A stretch of DNA of 59,145 bases, counting the filler, from Nemertoderma westbladi (Eukaryota; Animalia; Xenacoelomorpha): assembly GCA_032718475.1 (NCBI GenBank). It is 3 parts of 3 records of this genome, joined end to end, with 100 filler letters (N's around TTAATTAATTAA, not from the genome) between each part and the next. Parts side by side here need not be neighbours in the genome. Positions count along the whole stretch, not along the records: positions 1 to 24,460 come from JAUCBJ010005316.1; 2 more parts are not named here. One strand, written 5' to 3'. Shown here piece by piece: positions 11,343-23,506 of this stretch (position 1 is its first letter; every line of letters starts with the position of its first letter). The notes under the pieces were generated by a model. It searched no databases and was not told the origin of the DNA. It saw only the letters and a list, made by a program, of their open reading frames with translations. Position numbers and translations under genes: made by a program.

Positions 11343-13500
11343 CTAATGTGCACATATCGTATATGTCTCTCCTCTTCCATTTAAATGACGCACCCATGTT
11401 GCTATCCTTTGTTTTTTTATTTCATCAAATCGGAACTGAAATTGAATGGTTTTCATTCCTAACGTTTTCTCTTTATTCATAAATTTTTCAATCATTTCAC
11501 GATGAACTAATATTCTGTAACAGTTACACAGTAAATTCTCATCAATTTTCGGAATTATATATCCATAATATTCTGCTTCATACTTGAATAAGGCATTATT
11601 GTGTATGCCAGTATATATTCTTTCTTCATACAAGGTATGGGCATCTTCGATATTGTGTGGTTTGTTTTCTTCAATACTATTTGTGTTCCTGTTTACCATC
11701 CGTGCGGCCCTGCATTTAAAGTCTCCCTCCACGGTAACCACTAAGGCTCCTTCTTGTCTGGTGTGTAAATAAGAGTGGATCCGGAATCTAACGAAGTCAT
11801 CATGATTCAGCTTCTTTTGGAGTCCATTAATGTGCATGTTAGAAGGCACAGTTAAGAAAGAATAACAACGGCAAAGTGTCAAACCGCTTATTATTGGTAC
11901 AGTAAACCAATAACTATTATTCGAAACTAATTGCACTTGTCCTGTGTGTGATTCACCATCCTCCTGCATATCATATTTATCGATTATGTTATTTATCCGT
12001 TTGCATTCTCCATCTTTGTTAAGGTTAATATTTTTAGCTATCTCACATGAATCATCATCCTCTATTGAAACACATGTGACATACCGATGACCATCTGTTT
12101 TATTATAACTATACTGGAATAGAAGCTTTCTGTCTTGAATAGACAGGATGCGGCGTCTCTTATTAACATGGATGTTATTATCACGAAAGTATATTGTGTG
12201 GCAATCACAAAGTTCCATATTATTTTTTTTGTCGAATGGAACAATATATCCACATTTATCATTATCATTATAGTATGTACAACGGCCGGTATAAGTTATG
12301 GGTCTCCTCTATGTTTGGAAGTTTATATCTATTTGAGCCGCAATCATTACATCCTGGAACACTAACCCATGTTGCTCTATAAACAATTTTATCAGTTCTA
12401 TCTTTTCTAATTTCGCATTGAAATAGAACAGCGTCTCTCTCCTTCAAAATCTTCTTGTATCCATCAATATGGACTTTTGGCTGGTAAGAAGCCACATCTA
12501 TCTTCACGATATCCGGTTTTATGAACCCATATTCTTTGTCAACATTAAAATAATCACACCGTCCATGGTATGTTTTGTTCACTTCCAATATGTCTCTCTG
12601 TGGTGGATACCACTGCCTTAGCGGACCTTCTGTTTGTGTAATAAGAGCATTTTGGTGTGTTTGGGTGGGGGCTTGACGTAGTCCCTGTTGAATACTGGTA
12701 GGGTATTGGCATAAAGAATTATTGACTATGTTCTACTCCCGGTTGCATATTATAGTGAGTTGGAAGTTCCCCTTGTGGCGTATAAGGAGTTTGAAGCTCA
12801 CTTGGTTGCATGATGGGAGATAGAAGCCCTCCTGGTTGCATATAGGTAGTTGTAAGCTCTCTTGGTTGTATAACTGGAGTTTGAAGCTCACTTGGTTGCA
12901 TGATGGGATATAGAAGCCCTCCTGGTTGCACATAGGTAGTTGTAAGCTCTCTTGGTTGTATAACTTGAGTTTGAAGCTCACTTGGTTGCATGGAGTGATA
13001 TAGAAGCCCTCCTGGTTGTACATAAGTAGTTAGACGCTCTCTCGGTTGTATAACTGGAGTTTGAAGCTCACTTGGTTGCATGATGGGAGATAGAAGCCCT
13101 CCTGGTTGCACATAGGTAGTTGTAAGCTCTCTCGGTTGTATAACTGGAGTTGGAATAAGCCATCTTGGATGCATGACGGTAGATAGAAGCCCTCGTCGTT
13201 GTTGCATGAGAGGAGTTGGAGGCTCTCGTGGTTGAATAACTGGTGTTTGAAGCCATCCTGGTTGCATGAAGGGAGATAGAAGCCCTCCTGGTTACACATA
13301 GGTAGTTGTAAGCTCTCTTGGTTGCATAACTGGAGTTTGAAGCTCACTTGGTTGCATGAAGGGAGTTAGAAGCCCTTCTGGTTGCACACGCTGTCTTGGT
13401 TGCATATGTGGGGTTGGGAACCCTGCTGGTTGCAAAATTGGAATTTGAGACAGATCTTTTGGCATAATGACAATGTCTGGTAGGTCGTAGCACTGGTGAG
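11343..13500 (-). pseudogene. Disrupted intronless gene: Gln/Pro repeat region plus four tandem Lin28-like cold-shock domains
   Basis: ORFs 12719-13267, 12268-12588 and 11343-12218 join through +1 shifts at ~12725 and ~12297, with an in-frame TAA at ~13292. CSD1 reads GRCDYFNVDKEYGFIKPD...HIDGYKKILKERDAVLF...ATWVSVPG. Three further repeats begin TYTGRCTYYN..GYIVP, HTGQV..WFTVP and IYTG..YGYIIP. Confidence 0.7.
12785..13400 (-). repeat. Coding tandem repeat, 30-bp units grouped in a 90-bp higher-order unit
   Basis: TTGAAGCTCACTTGGTTGCA recurs at 12791, 12881, 12971 and 13061. Encodes QPSELQTPVI-QPRELTTTYV-QPGGLLSPIM. Confidence 0.9.
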
Positions 13501-14106
13501 TTAATGTGATTCTGTTTGCATAATGATTGTGTTAAGCTCCCATACTAAGAACGGTTGACTTTTGACAGCTTCATGAAATCAAGAAGCCCATCTTTGAAGT
13601 TTGTGTCAATTTCACAATTCCAGCCAGCTGACTGATTACGAACAGTAAGTACAGTACTTAAGTGAAACGTAGTTCTTTAATTAATGTATTCCTTATGTTT
13701 GATTAACATCAAAGTAAAAATTACTGTATCGAATAAAACTAAATTAATTTTAATTAGTTTATTAGTTTCCATAGATACTATCTCGAGATGATATCTCAAG
13801 ATATAATTAAGTAATTGTCGTAATACAACCATGGCCTACTATATATATCTTGCTTAACGAAGAGACTTCAATTACGTCCGTTGACCAAATTGCAGCAAAT
13901 GACAATTTATAGAACTCTCCCCATATCAAAATATTAAAATAGTGTAAAAAAAACTCTTTTTTTAAGGCCAAATCGACAACATGTTAGGCCGTATATATAG
14001 TAGGCCATGATACAACGCCTGCTCACTACATTCTAGAACACATCGATCAGCTGATATAAGAAGTCATATACTTTTGGGAATTTTCTTATTGCTGAAGGGT
14101 AAAATA

Positions 14107-15976
14107 CAAGGTGTTCTAAATAACAGGTCATGCAGCGAGCGGATTGCTGAAATTAGCGGAGGCCGATCTTTTCCCTATTTATGGCACTATTTTCATTAAT
14201 TTTCAGTAGGAACTTATTTTATGCTACTTTTTTTAGGTGGATATGATGACTAGGGTTCATACTACTACTACTACTACTAGGTCGAGCGAACTCGCACAGT
14301 GGAAATGAGATCCTTCCAGGCTTCCCGATTCTCCATAGTTGTCGCAATTTCGTTTCTCCTAAGTTCAGTATCCCTTTCAAGTTGATCTATATATGTTATG
14401 GCCGGTCGTCCACGACTACGCTTTCCATGAGTTGGTTGCCAGAAAAGTAGATCTGGTATGACCTCGTCTTTACTTCGCCAGCAGTGCCCACTGAATCTTA
14501 ATCTGCGTTCACGGAGGGTGGTTGATACAGGTGGTATTGTACCATAAAGCTCGGCGTTTGTCATGTGTTGTCTCCAGCTGATGTTTAGGGCTGCCCTTAG
14601 TAGTCTTGTGTAGCAACCATCAATTCGTTGTTCAAGTGATTTAGTCAGTGTCCAGGTCTCACCCCCATATCAAAATACACTTTCCACTGTGGCTCGAACG
14701 AACTTAGTCTTCAGGTGCCTGGAGAGATCTGATTTCCAGATGGTATCCATTTTTGATAGAGCTACCCAAGCCTTTGCTTTCCTAACTTCTATGTCCTTTT
14801 TGCTACTCTCTATCCATGATCCAAGGTACTGGAAGTCATCAACCTTCCTTAGTTGATTATTATCAATGGTTGTCAAGTTTCCATCAACATTAAAGGTCAT
14901 GAATTCGGTCTTTGTAGAATTTATATGCAATCCAACCTCCTTAGCAGCCCTCTCCACTTTATTTAGTAGAAGCTGTGCATCTGCTAGGGTATTAGAGAGC
15001 AGGGCGATGTCATCCGCAAAGTCGGGTTCATAGAAGGGTTCATAGAAATGTAATTAAATGTCTTTCTGGAATTTTTATATTGTTGTTGTCAAGGTAACCG
15101 TGTACAAAGTTCAAACTTTGCGTGTCTGTAATTCAAGACGATAGGGGATTCTGTTCTTGAGATTTGGCAGGTGATTAAAGGAAATAAAAGTTTATCAAAA
15201 TATTTGAAAGGTATATTTTTTTCAATCCTGTTTCCATGGTAATGGGTGTAACGATAATTTCACATTATGACCGCCAGGTAGAAATTGGGCTACTATTTTC
15301 TATTTTATATCATTTCCAACTGACGTCCCTGTGTCCTGTCCTTTTTTCTAATAATTAATTGCAAACCAAAATTTAATATTCTGGAATCTTAAAATCATGC
15401 TATCACAGGTCTTGCCCTCTGATTGGACAGTTTTGTTTGTTGGCACTTTATGACCTTTACAATTAAGATTCACAATTGACGATTGATAAAATATAATGTT
15501 GGTATTTTTAACTTAATATTAAGACTGACAAACCGAATAAAAATGGTGTTTTATCGAATTGGTTGACAATTATTCAAATTTTTCATTATACATATTACCA
15601 TGGCAACGGGATTGAAAAAATATTTAAATATAGAATATTTTGATAAACCTTATAATAATAAATATTTTGATATTCCCATTACTCGCCTACCAAATCTCAA
15701 GAACAGAATCCTTAGTCGTCTTGAATTACAGACGGGCAAAGTTTGAACTTTGTACCCGGTTACCTTGACAACAACAATATAAACATATTTTATTATATAG
15801 AAACATATTTTATTACAATTCTATTAACCCTAGTCATGATATCCACCTAAGTAAAGTAGCACATAAGAAGTTTCTAAGGAAATATTATGAAAATAGAGCC
15901 ATAAATAGGGAAAAGATCGGCCTCCGCTAATTCCAGCAATCCGGTCGCTGCATGACCTGTTATTTAGTACACCTTG
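14107..15976. mobile_element. MITE with long terminal inverted repeats, interrupted by an RTE LINE
   Basis: CAAGGTGTTCTAAATAACAGGTCATGCAGCG at 14107 is inverted at ...CGCTGCATGACCTGTTATTTAGTACACCTTG (15976). The inner arms ~15040-15250 and ~15595-15830 are also inverted. Confidence 0.8.
14262..15023 (-). mobile_element. 5'-truncated RTE-clade LINE (RT C-terminal half) with (TAG)n tail
   Basis: Starts at DFADDIALL, followed by GLHINSTKTE, FQYLGS and [15 protein letters not shown]. (TAG)n tail at 14262-14280; 9-bp TSD GGGTTCATA at 14253-14261 and 15024-15032. Confidence 0.9.
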
Positions 15977-16864
15977 GTAAAATATCAATATTAGTAGGAC
16001 TGACGATAATATGTAATCATATAATATATCAAATTGAAGAAGAAACGCAGGGCATTACGATGTTTTGTGTCACTTTTGTTTGTTAGGCTCGCATTTTGCA
16101 TAATACCCCTTTAATTACTACTAAATATTCTACCTATCTTTGCCGTGTTTATTTAAAAAACGTAGGCTAAATATTATCGTAATAAGTATATCGGAAAACT
16201 GATTATACTATCATAATTTCTGATATCAAACTCTAGTCGAGCATTGTACATTCAGAGGTTTTTTTATGTTTAGCTTGCGTTTTGGTGGGTGTTTCATGAG
16301 ACCTACAATTATCTTTACTACACTGACAGTCGTTGTAACTGGCTGCGAGAGGTTCCATGACGAAGTTCCGAATGCGTCTAAGACTAAGGTTTAAAAAGCG
16401 CCTGTGATGGTCACTTTCGAACCTTCGTCTCATTTGGACCTTCGACCCAATACCGCAGCCGCTGCGAGGCGATCATGTGGCGAGATGGTGGTGGTCTGTA
16501 GTGGAAGGCTGTTTCGACTCTTGTGTAATTACAATTGCTGTGCATTGAAAATACACTTCTTACAAGCATTTTCTTATCTGCTTTCATCAATAACAATAAT
16601 AATAAATATCAAATACATGAAGCAATGTTCGTTAGCTAGTTCTAATTATCTCCTTAATTCTGGAGCATTTGTATCCTAACAGTAACAGTAATAATAGTAA
16701 TTCCAATAATTAATGTAAATTAATCAATCGCCATTACATTCATATATCGGAATATTAAATTAAATACATGGGCAATTTTTGCAATGTTATAATTTATTGT
16801 ATGACTTCTTTTATAAGCTGATCGAGGGGGTGAGCAGGCCTTGTATTACGATGGCCTTGATTTT

Positions 16865-18249
16865 GGTAGGTGCTAAAATGCACAACGAGCAACAATGACC
16901 AACAACGAGCAACAATGCGCAACAACGAGCAACAACGAGAAACAATGAGCAACAATACGAGCAACAATGAGCAACAACGAGCAATAACAAAGTACAACAA
17001 CGAGTAACAATGAGCAACAATACGAGCAACAATGAGCAACAACGAGCAATAATAAAGTACAACAACGAGTAACAACGAGCAACAATGAGCAACAATGCGC
17101 AACAACGAGCAACAATGAGCATCAACGAGCAACAATGACAACAATGAACAACAACGAGTAACAACGAGCAACAATGCGCAACAACGAGCAACAATGAGCA
17201 TCAACGAGCAACAACGAGCAATAACGAGCAATAACGAGCAATATTAAAGTTCAACAACGAGTAACAATGATACTTATGCAGTAATGTATCCCAGTAGTCC
17301 CGAATATATGTAGGATATAAAGGCAGGCAGTCCTGAAGTCTGCCTTGCAGCCTAGCGTTCTCTTATTACAGACTACTGTATAGCTTGTGGGATGGGGTAG
17401 GCCAAGCCTATTTTGTATTTGATTTATTATTTAGGTTACTGGGTTAAGGTTAGTCAGTTAGTTGCTCAGGAGTTACGGGGAAGTGGCTACTGACCAAACC
17501 GGACACTCTAAATACCGTATTGAAGCTTTATATTTGATTTATAGTTTACTTGTGTATTATTGACCGGACCCTTATTACCTCAGCTTTTTGTGACTCGGAC
17601 CCATAATCTTGTAACATGTCTTAACTTTCGTTTATTGTTTTGGTTACAACCAAAATTTATTGCTATTTTGGTTGCTCTTTGTTGCTCATTGCTGCTCATT
17701 GTTACTCGTTCATGTACTTTATTATTGCTCGTTGTTGCTCGTTGTTGCTCATTGTTGTTCGTTGTTGCTCATTGTTGCTCATTGTTTGTTACTTGTTGTT
17801 GCTCTTGTTGCTCGTTGTTGCTCATTGTGGCTCGTTGTTGCTCCTTGTTGCTCGTTGTTGCCCATTGTTACTCGTTGTTGTACTTTTTTATTGCTCGTTG
17901 TTGCTCATTGTTTTTCGTTGTTGCTCATTGTTACTCGTTGTTGTACTTTATTATTGCTCATTGTTGCTCGTTGTTGCTCATTGTTGCTCGTTGTTGCTCA
18001 TTGTTGCCCATTTTACTCGTTGTTGTACTTTATTATTGCTCATTGTTGCTCGTTGTTGCTCATTGGTGCTCGTTGTTGCTCATTGTTGCTCATTGTTACT
18101 CGTTGTTGTACTTTATTATTGCTCGTTGTTGCTCATTGTTGCTAAATGTTACTCGTTGTTGTACTTTATTATTGCTCGTTGTTGCTCATTGTTGCTCATT
18201 GTTGCTCGTTGTTGGTCATTGTTGCTCGTTGTGCATTTTAGCACCTACC
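16865..18249. mobile_element. Foldback-type element with long inverted arms built from ~10-bp tandem subrepeats
   Basis: Termini GGTAGGTGCTAAAATGCACAACGAGCAAC and its exact reverse complement. Arms of GAGCAACAA(C/T) units at ~16885-17265 and ~17665-18230. Degenerate 9-bp TSD CTTGATTTT / ATTGATCTT. Confidence 0.82.
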
Positions 18250-18303
18250 ATTGATCTTGCTTAATGAGGAGGCTTAAATTACGTCCATTGACCAAATTGC
18301 AAT

Positions 18304-18432
18304 TGTAATGAATCAAGTAGGATAGCTGAACGAAGTAGTACCCGTATCAAGTATCAAAAACAAATAGGTTTCTGTCAAGTATCAGACTTACGAAGGCCTG
18401 TATCTTAATCACTAAAAAAGGACCATGTTACA
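18304..18432 (-). repeat. 3' LTR (129 bp) of Mag-like Gypsy element
   Basis: TGTAA...TTACA ends; one mismatch versus 23378-23506. Confidence 0.92.
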
Positions 18433-21400
18433 CTTGCACAGAATTTACCCTCAACCAAATGTAAAAACACAATTAATAGTGATACCTCTGACACAAGTAA
18501 ACGGTTTGTATGTATAGAGTCTTTGTTTGTGCTCGAGTCCATAGAGTCCTCTCAAGGCCTGTACCAGTCTGGCTGTCTCCTTTCTCGATTAGAGCGCCTG
18601 GGTTCTGGATTTGAGGGATCATCAGGTTCCACTGAGTTTTGATTGGTCGCACAGAAGTGGTTCGACTGATCAATCTCATCGTCACTTCCATTTTGATTGA
18701 GATGTTGACGCAACTCGTTGATACGTATTTGATCGTAATCGATGGTAGGTTCAACTTTGACTTTCTTCCAACGCTGGGCATCCTGAGTTATTTCTCTCGA
18801 ATCCCATCTACCTTATATTTGATGCCCCATTACAGCTGTGGCTATGTAGGGATTGGGATCATATGGTGGATCAGTTTTCGTTTTCCTCTGTTGGAGAAGT
18901 ATTTCGTCTCCGACCTCTATTCTGTGACCACGGACATATGGTTTGTTATCCTTATATGCCTTCTGTTTGGTCTTTTCAGTTTCTGACTTCTCTATGGCTT
19001 TCTCAACTTCGTTGTCCTGTCTACATTCGTTCGCCATTAGCTGTGGCAGTCGAATTCTCATTTTCTTTCCGAATAGCACCTCTGCTGGTGAGAGACTGGT
19101 TGTTGGATGCAGTGTAGATCGAAACTTTCTGAGATGTTTGTTTAATTCAGCCTGTGGTTCACAGTGTTCTATGATGGATGTGTGCCAAATTTTGGTGCAG
19201 TGCTTCATGAATGCTTCTGCTAACCCATTTGCTTCTGGGTCATCTGCGCTGTGTGTTGGATGGTGGCTGATTCCTGCCCACTTGAAGTATTGCTGGAGCA
19301 GGTGTGAGTCGCCTCCATTAATAGTAGGTCCATTGTCTGTCTTTAAAGATTTACAGAAACCATGTCTAGAGAATATGCAATCAAAAGCAGCTATATCATC
19401 ATTTGCACTTGTTGCCTTTACTATAACTACCTCGGGATACTTTGACAGTTCATCGATCACCACGAGAATGTATTTACCGTCTGGTGTGGGACCCCAGTGA
19501 TCAGCAGATAATTTCTCCCAGGGAGAGCGAGGTGGTTTGGTTGGTATGAGGGGGTCTCTTCTTTGTTTGGAGGGTGTTACGGCCTGACATCCGAGGTATT
19601 TTTTCTACCCTGTCTTCCACCATTGAGTCCATGTTAGGAAACCAAACCTTCTCACGCAAGTGTCTTTTCATTGTAGTTATGCCTGAGTGTCCCTCATGAG
19701 CTATGTCTATTATTGTCTTCCGCAGACTTCCTGAACCTGGGAAGGATTCAGCATCTGGAATGATAAGTTTGTTTCCTCGGTGTAATATTCCTTCAACTAT
19801 GCTGAGTTCATACCATATTTGTTTGAAGGCGCTAGGGACTTCATTCTCTTTTCCACTTTTAACTGCGTGTATGGCTTTTGAGTAGACTTTATCTCATTTT
19901 GCAGCTGATTCTAGTTGTGCCTGAGTTATTGCATATTATATCCGAGTTTCTCTTGAGTTACAATGTCTAAGTGGCTTATTAGATTGGGGTGTCTGCTGCC
20001 ATGATCACAAGGCATCTGCTTTCCTGGCAGGTACTTCATTGTGAACTTGAGATCCTGTATGCGATCTCTTAGATGAGATATACGTTTCGAGGTTGGCTTA
20101 TTGGTGTTGTTATATATCTGAACTATAGGTTGGTGATCAGTCCAGGCTGTGTAAGTTGCGCCAATAAGGTAGTATCTGAACTGTTCCATGCCCCATGTCT
20201 GTGCTAAACTTTCTCTTTCTATGGGACTGTAGTTGTGCTCAGTCAGGGTGAGTGCTCGACTTGTATGGTCAACTGGTATCCAGTTTCCTATACTTTCTTC
20301 CTGATAGAGACTCGCCTGTATTCCCTCTTCTGATGCATCTGCTACATAGTGTGACATAGTGGGTTGTAAGGTCGCAGAGTGGTCGACGAGTTCATTATCG
20401 TAGTCAACTTTGCATATGCTCTTTCTTGTTCTTCCTTCCAATTAAAGTGGGAATCTATTTTTAGAAGATCCCTTAATGGTTTTGTTAGCTCTTCATAGGA
20501 TTCGGGGATTGCAGGATGATCAAAAGTAAACTTAGCATTATATTGGCATGCCATTAAGAATGACCTTAGTCGGTTAAGATTAGTCGGATAGTTGCTGGTC
20601 GGCCCCTTTCAATAATTAGATCAATTTTGTTTCTGTCCGCTGTCACACCGGATGATATGAAAGTTCTTCCAAACCACTGAATTTCAGATGATGTTGGGCC
20701 AAAGTATAATCTTTCCATGCGGTGAATTCCTTCATGAGTTTGAAAGATTGCTTTCTCCTTTGATGTTTCGTCAAGACTGAGTTGGTGGAAGCCCCAACCC
20801 ATGTCCATTTCTGTGAAGATCTTGGCTTCCTTGAGATCATGTCGGATTTCATGTGGGGTCTGCACATGGAATTTTGTCCTTTGCATTCCTTGATTCCATG
20901 GAGTGTTATCAATATTCATTTTGATTTGGCCATTTTTTTTGTCTGTGATTACTGCATTCATTATAATGAGATACGATTTTTGTGGGTCGACATCTGTTAT
21001 CTGTTAATCGACATCTGTTAATAATGCCTTGTTGTCTGAGAAAGCCTAGGAGCTCACTTACTTGTTCTTGGTAATGTATGGGAATGTTGTGAAATCTTGG
21101 TTGCACAGGTGTAAATTTGTTCTTGTAGTTTAGACACACTGGGTCAGCATCCATTTTTCCAAGTCTATTTTCATTAAAGACCAGGCCTTCGTATTCCTTT
21201 ACCAATGTCATTACTTTCTGTTTTTCTATGGCAGAGATTGGTTGTTCTGGTTGTCTCTCAGTTTTAACTGTAATATTAAGACCCTCACGAAGCCTTTGGG
21301 GAGTGCAGCGTGATATCATCTCATTTTGGGCTGATGTGAGTGGTTTCTCTGAAGGGTATGGTTCTATTCCTTCCTTATTAAAGGTGATAAATCCCAGTTG

Positions 21401-22929
21401 GTGTGCATCACCGTCACCCAACAGTGGTTCTGGTTGATAGTATGGTTCTGGTATGGTATGATATCTACTACATATATCTTTGTATGAACGGATGCCCCTT
21501 TTTGAGTTGTAAGTTTTGTTTGTATCATGCCTTTGACATTTAAATTTGTAGAGTGTCCCCATGCCCTGAGGTGAGTGTCTGCTGATTGTATTTTATCCAT
21601 TTTGGTGGAATATAGTTGTGGGGGAATAATGGTAAATGGGCTGCCTATGTATGTGTATAAACTCATGTCTTTTTCTCCTATATATATGTATATTAACCCA
21701 TTTTGAGTTGTCATTTTTATTGTGAAGCTCATCATTTAGCTTCTTCATGATGTGGGGTTGTAGTGGCATTGCATCACTTCACGCTAAATTGCTCTATTCG
21801 TTGTATGGTTGGTCTGTTAATGGTCTCAAAATGGGTTTCATCTTCCCTTTTGGCCATATCCTGATCAGGTTTAACATACTGGGTGTTAATTCTCCTTATT
21901 TTGTTTGGGCATGTGGTGTTCTGCTGAAGTGATTCCCACCACCGCAAGAGTAGCACTGTTTGCCATGTGCGGGACATCGACCGGCAGGATGGTCCGATGC
22001 ACATGCCTTACATTTTCCTGGTTGGCTGTTATATTTTCCCTCTCTTGTTTGGGGAAGGTCCATTCCTTGGTTTCGAATGCTGTATTTGACCTGGCGTTTC
22101 AATTTCATAATTGTCAGTGTATCAATTAGATCGTCTAGTTCATTTTTGTCATCCTCCTGGAAGGACTCATTGTTGCTGATGCGCTTTATTAAGGAATGTG
22201 TTGTATCTCCTAGGTTATAAGCTCCTTCTCTTCCTGTCTCTCGTGCTTGACCCCATCTGACAAGGGTTTCCAAGTCAGGATCCTCACCCAGAGATTTTTC
22301 TTTCAGTCTGGAATCCGTCATGCCGTATATTGCTGCATCTTTAACAGCATCTTTATGTCTGTAAGGTTGAGTATCATAATTTAGAATGTATGCCTTTTTT
22401 TTCCATCTGTTTTATGAATTCCATCCATCCTTGACTACCCTGTTTTGTGGTTAAGAGATTGTACATAGCCATGGTTCTATTCACCATTCTCATCATTTCA
22501 GCTTTGGTTTTGTCTATGATCTGTTTGTAGGTATCTGCTCCTTGAGCCGCCATTGTGTCTGTTGCAGGAGCATCTTCAAAGCGGACCTTGGTATCAGTCT
22601 TCATAAACTCGACGAGATCCGAACCGCCCCAAGATTTTAATAGTATAATTTTAGATGAGTCAGTCATCTGTAGTTCCAATGTAGCTCATCCGGTTCTCCG
22701 CTTCATCGAGCCATTCCTCAAAATGTTTGCGTCGAGTCATTTTATCAGATCCAAGAGTATGTGGTTTTATGGATCCAAAAGCTCATGCTGTTGAGCATTT
22801 GCTCCCGCAGTACCTGCTAATGTAGCCAGTAGTATTTTGAATTGTTCATTGGTAAAAGTTGCCTTAACTTCTCGATGTGAGTTGTTGTTTTTATCAATTA
22901 AAGCGATGTGTGTGTCTGCCCTCAGTATC

Positions 22930-23372
22930 GCCTCGCCTCAGTGTCGTTAAAACTAAGAAAAGTGTCGCTTGTCCAAAGTATCGCCTGTAGGATGAAGGAT
23001 AAATGCGGCGTGTATCACCGTTGGTCAGGGTTTACCTCGCCTCGGTGTCGTTTAACTAAGAATAAGTGTCGCTTGTCCGAAGTATAGCCTTTATGATGAA
23101 GGATAAACGCGGTGTGTATCGCCGTAGGTCAGAGTTTACCTCGCCTCGGTGTCGTTTAACTAAGAATAAGTGTCGCTTGTCCGAAGTATCGCCTGTAGGA
23201 TGAATGATAAACGAGGTGTGTATCGCCATCAGTCAGAGTTTACCTCGCCTTGGTGTCGCTTGTCCAAAGTGTCGCCTGTAGGATGAAGGATAAACACGGT
23301 GTGTATTGCCGTCGGTCAGAGTTTACCTTGCCTCAGTGTTGTTTAACTAAGAGTAAGTGTCGCTTGTCCGAA
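22930..23372 (-). repeat. ~104-bp tandem repeat in the 5' leader of the Mag element
   Basis: CTCGGTGTCGTTTAACTAAGAATAAGTGTCGCTTGTCCG recurs at 23041 and 23145, with further degenerate copies (about 4.5 units). Confidence 0.85.
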
Positions 23373-23377
23373 GCCAA

Positions 23378-23506
23378 TGTAATGAATCAAGTAGGATAGC
23401 TAAACGAAGTAGTACCCGTATCAAGTATCAAAAACAAATAGGTTTCTGTCAAGTATCAGACTTACGAAGGCCTGTATCTTAATCACTAAAAAAGGACCAT
23501 GTTACA
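23378..23506 (-). repeat. 5' LTR (129 bp) of Mag-like Gypsy element
   Basis: Direct repeat of 18304-18432, followed on the minus strand by a TTGGC.. PBS-like start. Confidence 0.92.

Larger units (their letters stand above)
18304..23506 (-). mobile_element. Ty3/Gypsy LTR retrotransposon of the Mag clade, both LTRs present, decayed gag-pol
   Basis: Gag knuckles C..C...H..CPAHGKQCYSCGGGNHF. RT motifs KIFTEMDMGWGFHQL and FQTHEG. RNase H DAS..NYSPIERESLA..TDHQP. Integrase VIDELSKYP..TDNGP..ANGLAE. 5-bp TSD GCAAT / GCAGT. Confidence 0.92.

Noticed and set aside
16411-16495. Possible terminal exon on the minus strand (CAG acceptor at ~16496-16498)
   Set aside because: No recognisable homology, and it is separated from flower by a gap and TEs, so it cannot be assigned.
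16794-18264. Hydrophobic Cys/Leu/Val-rich ORFs resembling membrane proteins
   Set aside because: They are open in several frames because the 10-bp foldback repeat lacks stops on that strand.
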